This document shows, one piece after another, positions 8,547 to 13,626 of a DNA stretch of 59,996 nt. Both the position numbers and the translations under genes were made by a program. Origin of the DNA: a virus (lineage: Duplodnaviria > Caudoviricetes); the IMG/VR virus record IMGVR_UViG_3300020042_007026, positions 1-59,996 of that record, one strand, 5' to 3'. The stretch's first letter is position 1. Each line of letters starts with the position of its first letter. The notes under the pieces were generated by a model. It was given only the letters and a program-made list of their open reading frames with translations, had not been told where the DNA came from and ran no database searches.

Positions 8547-8889
8547 TCCTAATGAACTCGACTTTAGTGATATTAATGAGACTAATGCTCCAAGAACACT
8601 TGGTGAGCTACACGAGCTGACTGAAGGCAGATCTATAAGTCAAGAGCAGTTTAGACACGTTATGGACGTAGGTTCTAAACGCACTGCTAATGAGGAAAAG
8701 AAGTCTCCAAGTGCTGTTCCAGAAGGAATGGCTAATCCTAATTTAGGTGACTTGGAATTACAGGTTAACTCTCAGCACATAGGGTGTAACAACTGTGGAA
8801 CTCCAGTTCCTCGTGATGTTCATGAAGCTGAAGGCGGTCTATGTTATGATTGTTGGAATGACAAACAAGAGGAAGGAAGACATGAGTAA
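8539..8889 (+). CDS. hypothetical protein with C-terminal Zn finger
   Basis: CNNCG...GLCYDC; GAGG SD. Confidence 0.65.
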   Translation: MTNPNELDFSDINETNAPRTLGELHELTEGRSISQEQFRHVMDVGSKRTANEEKKSPSAVPEGMANPNLGDLELQVNSQHIGCNNCGTPVPRDVHEAEGGLCYDCWNDKQEEGRHE

Positions 8890-9190
8890 ATCACCTGCAT
8901 GGCAAAGAGCAGAGGGCAAAAACCCTAAAGGTGGATTAAATGCCAAAGGTAGAGCTTCTGCTAAAAAAGAAGGTCATAACCTCAAAGCACCAGTAAAAAG
9001 TGGCGACAATCCACGTAGGGCGTCTTTCTTGGCAAGAATGGCTGGCAACCCAGGTCCGGAGCACAAACCTAATGGTGAGCCTACTAGACTGCTTTTAAGC
9101 CTACAAGCATGGGGTGCATCATCTAAAGCAGATGCTAGACAAAAAGCTGCTGCTATCCGTAAGCGTAATGAAGGAAAGAAGAAAAAGTAA
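8882..9190 (+). CDS. basic phage protein (DUF6321-like)
   Basis: MSKSPAWQRAEGKNPKGGLNAKGRAS...RRASFLARM...SLQAWG recalled as a widespread phage family; ATG at 8882. Confidence 0.7.
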   Translation: MSKSPAWQRAEGKNPKGGLNAKGRASAKKEGHNLKAPVKSGDNPRRASFLARMAGNPGPEHKPNGEPTRLLLSLQAWGASSKADARQKAAAIRKRNEGKKKK

Positions 9191-9348
9191 TGGCTACCAA
9201 AAAAGTTTGGGAAACTCCAGATCCTACTAAAAAAGACAAGAAGTTGTCTAAATCTAAAAAGGCATCTGCTAAAGCTCGTGCTAAAGCGGCTGGTCGTCCT
9301 TACCCTAATCTAGTAGACAATATGGCGGCTGCTAGAAAGAAGAAGTAA
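9190..9348 (+). CDS. small basic protein (52 aa)
   Basis: Hand-translated MATKKVWETPDP...AKARAKAAGRPYPNLVDNMAAARKKK; coupled to both neighbours. Confidence 0.75.
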   Translation: MATKKVWETPDPTKKDKKLSKSKKASAKARAKAAGRPYPNLVDNMAAARKKK

Positions 9349-10013
9349 TGGGTGCAAATCTAGATGATTTTCTAGCTCATGCTAAATCTATAGATTGGTA
9401 CCATGCTGGTCCACACCAAGGACTAACTGACCTTTTGCAAAATGGTATGAAAGAGCCTAGACTACAAACTCCGGGACTTCCTAGCGTAGTTGATAACTTG
9501 CCAAGACTGGGTGCTTTTGGTGCTGGCATTAATCTAGCGTCTAACCCTGCTGATGTAAAAGAGTACTTTAAAGGTAGTGAGCCAGATAAGTGGGATCCTA
9601 ATAAAAAAGCAGCTTTGCTTACTGCTAAGTTTACTGGTAAAAACCCTTTAGTTTTTGCATCCTATAAACATGGAGTTGAAACCCCAAATTTTAGAGAAAC
9701 TCTTTGGAACGCATTAGACGAAGAAGCTAAGAAAATAAAACAACGTATTGTAAGCGGCGATATAGAAGATCATAGAGGCGATTACCTTCTTGGCAAGTTA
9801 GACTGGGTACAAAGAGGTGTTGAAAACGACAGCCCGGAAAGAGTTGGTCAAGCTGCTCCTTATGCAGGATTTGATTCGTATATAACAGACAATCACCAAC
9901 TACGACATGTAGGTGAAGAAGATAGCCTTCAAGCAGTAGTTAACAAGCCTTATGCTATGCGTGCTCTTCGTGTAAAGCATGGCAACCTTAGCGAAATGTT
10001 TGGTGAAAGATAG
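9348..10013 (+). CDS. ADP-ribosyltransferase-like protein (ART-PolyVal-like)
   Basis: WYHAG...GAFGAGINLASNP..VKEY...KNPL...AGFDSYI. Confidence 0.6.
   Translation: MGANLDDFLAHAKSIDWYHAGPHQGLTDLLQNGMKEPRLQTPGLPSVVDNLPRLGAFGAGINLASNPADVKEYFKGSEPDKWDPNKKAALLTAKFTGKNPLVFASYKHGVETPNFRETLWNALDEEAKKIKQRIVSGDIEDHRGDYLLGKLDWVQRGVENDSPERVGQAAPYAGFDSYITDNHQLRHVGEEDSLQAVVNKPYAMRALRVKHGNLSEMFGER
9998..10013 (+). repeat. 16-bp direct repeat GTTTGGTGAAAGATAG, copy 1
   Basis: Identical to 10357-10372. Confidence 0.9.
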
Positions 10014-10372
10014 TGGGTAGAAACAAAGCAGCCTTTCACGGCTATACACTAGAGTTTGAACACGCAGATACTTCTCCTGTAGAAGACTGTGATCACCACA
10101 GAGTAGATGCTTTCACTAAAGATGGCGAACAAATAGGTAGCCTAATGTGGTTTACTCCTGACGCGGGTGCGCGTACCTCTGGGTCAATAGATGTAGACGT
10201 ACACCCTGAGCATAGACGTAAAGGCGTAGCTACAGCTATGTACAAGTTTGCTTTACAAAAAGCTGAGGAGCACAATATTATTAAGCCAGATCTACTTAGA
10301 TCATCTTACGGACCTCAAGGTTATAGATGGGCAAGATCTTTAGGATTGCCTAAGAAGTTTGGTGAAAGATAG
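10013..10372 (+). CDS. GNAT-family N-acetyltransferase
   Basis: IDVDVHPEHRRKGVATAMY acetyl-CoA motif A. Confidence 0.85.
   Translation: MGRNKAAFHGYTLEFEHADTSPVEDCDHHRVDAFTKDGEQIGSLMWFTPDAGARTSGSIDVDVHPEHRRKGVATAMYKFALQKAEEHNIIKPDLLRSSYGPQGYRWARSLGLPKKFGER
10357..10372 (+). repeat. 16-bp direct repeat GTTTGGTGAAAGATAG, copy 2
   Basis: Identical to 9998-10013. Confidence 0.9.
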
Positions 10373-10381
10373 CATATTTTA

Positions 10382-10485
10382 TGTTATACTTTTACTAGGT
10401 ACGCCAATTGGGTACTGTAAATAAATACTGTGCTTCGGGCAGTTATATAACTAACCAAGGCACAGTTGTCGTCTAAGGAGACAAC
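10382..10485 (+). promoter_or_regulatory. hsp20 promoter (TGtTATACT) and structured 5' UTR, candidate RNA thermometer
   Basis: Three hairpins; the last (GTTGTC-G-TC-TAAG-GA-GACAAC) covers the AAGGAG SD. Confidence 0.55.
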
Positions 10486-11001
10486 ATGCACGTAAACATA
10501 CCAGAACCATGGGACAAAAATAAAAGGATAAGTCCTTATGATCCATGGGATAAGAAAAAAGAGTGGGAAAAACCTGCTCCACCAAAGGTCGTTACAATTT
10601 CTGACCTATTTCCTCGTCTAGATCGTCTATCTATTGGATGGTCTCCACTTCTTGAGCAACTCAAAGAAGTTACAAATAATAAGCCAAGCTATCCTCCATA
10701 TGACATTGTTCAGCTGGATGAAGACACAAATCTACTCAATGTAGCTGTTGCTGGATTTACTAAAAAAGAAGTAACTGTTACTGTAAAAGACTCAGTTATT
10801 ACTATTGAAGGTAACAAAAAAGAAAAGCAACGTGGCGAAGTTGTTTACCAAGGCATTGCTACTCGTGACTTCAAGCTCTCTCTAGCTATTGCTGAGTACT
10901 GGGAAGTTACTACTGCTCAAATGGAAAACGGTATGTTAACGATTGAGTTTAACAAGACCCTTCCTGAAGAGTTGAAGCCAAAGGTAATTGACATTAAGTA
11001 G
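10486..11001 (+). CDS. hsp20: small heat shock protein (Hsp20/IbpA-like)
   Basis: PSYPPYDI...AVAGF...YQGIATRDF...AQMENGMLTI...PEELKPKVIDIK. Confidence 0.95.
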   Translation: MHVNIPEPWDKNKRISPYDPWDKKKEWEKPAPPKVVTISDLFPRLDRLSIGWSPLLEQLKEVTNNKPSYPPYDIVQLDEDTNLLNVAVAGFTKKEVTVTVKDSVITIEGNKKEKQRGEVVYQGIATRDFKLSLAIAEYWEVTTAQMENGMLTIEFNKTLPEELKPKVIDIK

Positions 11002-11016
11002 ATCTTAGTGTAGAAT
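10988..11016 (+). promoter_or_regulatory. consensus SigA promoter TTGACA-N17-TAGAAT
   Basis: Perfect -35 and 17-nt spacer; predicted start near 11023, upstream of the mini-tmRNA. Confidence 0.8.
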
Positions 11017-11021
11017 CGTAG

Positions 11022-11050
11022 TATCACCTGAGTATGTGTAGAAACTGCTC
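11022..11050 (+). ncRNA. compact H-type pseudoknot candidate in the mini-tmRNA leader
   Basis: CAC/GTG stem with loop GAGTA pairing to downstream TGCTC. Confidence 0.35.
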
Positions 11051-11053
11051 TTA

Positions 11054-11135
11054 GGGCTAGAAATGGTGTCGATTGCAGAACAAAGCCTCCAGTAGGACTC
11101 TGTAAGACCGCAGTTCAATTCTGCGCTGGTCCACC
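11054..11135 (+). ncRNA. minimal tmRNA-like RNA (tRNA-like domain only)
   Basis: Acceptor GGGCTAG/CTGGTCC with G3.U70 and A discriminator; stemless D-loop AAATGGTGTCGA; P2a TTGCAGA/TCTGTAA; GAC linker; T-arm CGCAG-TTCAATT-CTGCG. Confidence 0.8.
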
Positions 11136-11149
11136 CATGGAAGGAAAGT

Positions 11150-11323
11150 ATGCCAACATATCATTTTACTTGTAAAGAGTGTGACTCTACTGTAAGTCAC
11201 CTAATTCCTTTAGAGGAAGATATAGTAGCCCCCAAATGTTTGTCTTGTAATGAACCTATGGCTAGGGTATTCTCAATTCCTAGTATTGTATTCCGTGGTG
11301 GTGGTTGGGGCAGCAGTAATTGA
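11150..11323 (+). CDS. FmdB-family zinc ribbon protein
   Basis: Hand-translated MPTYHFTCKEC...PKCLSCNEPMARVFSIPSIVFRGGGW; GGAAGGA SD. Confidence 0.85.
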   Translation: MPTYHFTCKECDSTVSHLIPLEEDIVAPKCLSCNEPMARVFSIPSIVFRGGGWGSSN

Positions 11324-11769
11324 AGACATGTTCTTTGTGTAAGGTTGAAAAATCTTACGATCAATATATAACAAAACGGCGTAATAAAGATGGTGTAACT
11401 GCTATGTGTCGTGATTGCACTTTGCCCAGGAGTCGCCAACAATATAAAGAAAAGCCTGAACCTCAGAAGAAGGCTGTTAAAGAACGTAAATCTGGACATC
11501 GTGCTCGGGTAACCCAGTACAAGGTAGAAAACCCTTGTGACGATTGTCAAAAGTTTTATCCCTCCTATGTAATGCAGTTTGATCACGTTAGGGGTATAAA
11601 AAAAGCAGGGATCTCTCAGATGATTAGTGATGGGTATCCCTGGAATGAAATAGAAGAAGAAATACAGAAGTGCGAGTTAGTTTGTGCAAATTGCCATGCT
11701 GAACGCACATTTATGAGGCTAGGTTCTAGCCAACTCGACTACTACCATGAGGACTACCAACTTGATTAA
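11320..11769 (+). CDS. HNH endonuclease
   Basis: CSLC..CRDC; PCDDC..MQFDHV...CELVCANCHAERT. Confidence 0.85.
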   Translation: MKTCSLCKVEKSYDQYITKRRNKDGVTAMCRDCTLPRSRQQYKEKPEPQKKAVKERKSGHRARVTQYKVENPCDDCQKFYPSYVMQFDHVRGIKKAGISQMISDGYPWNEIEEEIQKCELVCANCHAERTFMRLGSSQLDYYHEDYQLD

Positions 11770-12283
11770 GAACCCTATTGAAGTAACACTAACTGAAAAA
11801 GAAGTAGCTGAAGGACTAGAGTTTGTCCGTAAAGTTCGTGAGAATAAAGAAAAGCATGGCGTTCGTGACATGATGTTTGATCTTAAAAATACTTCTGAAG
11901 GAATTAACACTATTGGTCACTTAGGTGAAATTGCTGCCGCTAAGTTACTAGGTCTAGAAGTAAACCGTGATATTTACGTACATGGTGATGGCGGTCTTGA
12001 TTTAGAGCTTAATGGGGTATCAATCCAGGTAAAAACAAGCAAACTGCCTAAAATGATATTTAACCATCATTTAGCTTTTTCTACTGATATTGCTGTACTA
12101 ACCCAGTATATTGGAGAAGACAACCGTCATGCTGAAAAAGACCCTAGGTTTCTTATTTGGGGTTGGATTAATAAGGAAGACTTTATGGAAAAGCAGTATC
12201 CCTATGACTTTGGTTATGGTACTAGGCTAGTTGTTGAGTCAATACAGCTAAACCCGATAGAAAAGTTAACAAAAGTAAAATGA
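11747..12283 (+). CDS. PD-(D/E)xK-like nuclease
   Basis: GHLGEIAA...DGGLDL...IQVKTS. Confidence 0.55.
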   Translation: MRTTNLIKNPIEVTLTEKEVAEGLEFVRKVRENKEKHGVRDMMFDLKNTSEGINTIGHLGEIAAAKLLGLEVNRDIYVHGDGGLDLELNGVSIQVKTSKLPKMIFNHHLAFSTDIAVLTQYIGEDNRHAEKDPRFLIWGWINKEDFMEKQYPYDFGYGTRLVVESIQLNPIEKLTKVK

Positions 12284-12414
12284 TGTTTTTATGGTTAGTA
12301 CTGTCTATACTAGGAGTTGTAAGTATTATTGTTGTAGGGCTATTTTGTATAGTTGTCTTTCTTGATGCAATACTAAATCCCTCTGATATAGATTCAGATA
12401 TTTGGAAAGAGTAA
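12280..12414 (+). CDS. small membrane protein (44 aa)
   Basis: Hand-translated MMFLWLVLSILGVVSIIVVGLFCIVVFLDAILNPSDIDSDIWKE; ATGA overlap. Confidence 0.6.
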   Translation: MMFLWLVLSILGVVSIIVVGLFCIVVFLDAILNPSDIDSDIWKE

Positions 12415-12416
12415 AC

Positions 12417-12602
12417 ATGAGATTTGTTAGTCAATTACGTACTGGCTTAGCTGGTGGACGTGGTACAGGAAGTATGCCTATCTCTACTCGTTATGACGGT
12501 CCTGGAGTTAATGCTCAAAAATTTGGTCCAAAGCAGTCTATTGTTGGCGAGACCAACTACGCAAGTAGTAACAAAGGAATTGCAAGTTCAGGAAGCTACT
12601 AA
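12417..12602 (+). CDS. small Gly-rich hypothetical protein
   Basis: Track 12402..12602; ATG at 12417. Confidence 0.55.
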   Translation: MRFVSQLRTGLAGGRGTGSMPISTRYDGPGVNAQKFGPKQSIVGETNYASSNKGIASSGSY

Positions 12603-12736
12603 TGCTTAGCACTCAGTTTGTTACAGCTGCTGGCATGTATGGTGGTCCTAGAGGCACATACGGAACTTACCTTGTAGGTCAAAACGTAGACCTAGGAAGT
12701 TTTAAAACTGATAGAGAAAGACAGTCAGGTGAATGA
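12602..12736 (+). CDS. small hypothetical protein with N-terminal LSTQF tag (44 aa)
   Basis: Hand-translated MLSTQFVTAAGMYGGPRG...; coupled to both neighbours. Confidence 0.65.
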   Translation: MLSTQFVTAAGMYGGPRGTYGTYLVGQNVDLGSFKTDRERQSGE

Positions 12737-12840
12737 TTCCAGATCCAGAAGATGAATTTGAATTTGATTTTGACGTTGATGATGACTTTGAGTTTGATTT
12801 TATCACATTTGATGATGAAGATGACGAGGATGAAGAATGA
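12733..12840 (+). CDS. extremely acidic 35-aa peptide
   Basis: MIPDPEDEFEFDFDVDDDFEFDFITFDDEDDEDEE; ATGA overlaps at both ends, AGGT SD. Confidence 0.6.
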   Translation: MIPDPEDEFEFDFDVDDDFEFDFITFDDEDDEDEE

Positions 12841-13106
12841 GCTCCTCTACACTAGGCAACCAATTTAAAGGTAATCTACAACCAGGGATGAGTGGTCTAT
12901 CTAACTACTGGTGGAATATGCCTTATATGATTCAAGGAATAAACGGTGGTGCTGCACTAAGTACCGAAACTGGAGTTCCACTTGGCACACCTTCTGAAGA
13001 AATTCTTGCTAAAGTAGGTGGAGGAGTAAAGACAGCTGAGGATTTCAGCGATCAAACTCCAGCAACTACACAAGGTATGTCTCAAGGCGGCACAGCAGCT
13101 GGTTAG
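12837..13106 (+). CDS. hypothetical protein with N-terminal LGNQF tag
   Basis: MSSSTLGNQFKG; GAGG SD. Confidence 0.65.
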   Translation: MSSSTLGNQFKGNLQPGMSGLSNYWWNMPYMIQGINGGAALSTETGVPLGTPSEEILAKVGGGVKTAEDFSDQTPATTQGMSQGGTAAG

Positions 13107-13112
13107 GAAAAC

Positions 13113-13298
13113 ATGTTTGCATTATTAGCTCCAGTTCTTGGAAGACTTGGTGCCTCTATGGGGGCAGAAGCCGCTGTTAGTATGGGGGCACGTGCAGGGG
13201 GCATTGGACAAAGTATCGGTTCAAGTTTAGGTCAGCAAGCTGGTTATTCAGCTGCTAGACACCTAAGCGGTCAATTTAATAATAATCGGAATAACTAA
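13113..13298 (+). CDS. Gly/Ala-rich small protein with C-terminal LSGQF
   Basis: AGGA SD; glycine-zipper-like sequence. Confidence 0.6.
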   Translation: MFALLAPVLGRLGASMGAEAAVSMGARAGGIGQSIGSSLGQQAGYSAARHLSGQFNNNRNN

Positions 13299-13365
13299 GT
13301 AAATAAAAGTATAATTCCGCTCTCATCTAGGTCACAATACGTAATAATTTATAGATGAGGTTATA

Positions 13366-13626
13366 ATGAAACTTTTTATGGTTATTTTCAAGAGAACTAT
13401 TGCTCTTGTAATTTTAAAGGTTAGCGGTGTGCTAGCCGCTGGTTCAGTCTTTGGTGCTGAACTATGGCAGTCTGCTTCAATTGCAGCCTTTGTTGGCATC
13501 ATGGAAGTTGCTGAGTCTTTGGCTCGTGCATACGTAGTAGATGGTCAACTAGACAAAGATGAGATCAACGTTGCATTTGCAAGTTCAGCTGAAGCCGCTT
13601 TAGCAGAATCTAAAAAAGACAAGTAG
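13366..13626 (+). CDS. holin-like membrane protein
   Basis: Two hydrophobic segments, charged C-terminus, near the endolysin. Confidence 0.55.
   Translation: MKLFMVIFKRTIALVILKVSGVLAAGSVFGAELWQSASIAAFVGIMEVAESLARAYVVDGQLDKDEINVAFASSAEAALAESKKDK

Noticed and set aside
11054-11135. Reading the RNA as an ordinary tRNA-Ala or an attP remnant
   Set aside because: There is no D-stem and no 5-bp/7-nt anticodon arm. Both paired ends and a promoter are present, and no integrase is seen in the window.
11320-11769. HNH as part of a group I intron
   Set aside because: The neighbours are intact and overlap it; there is no split gene or room for a ribozyme core.
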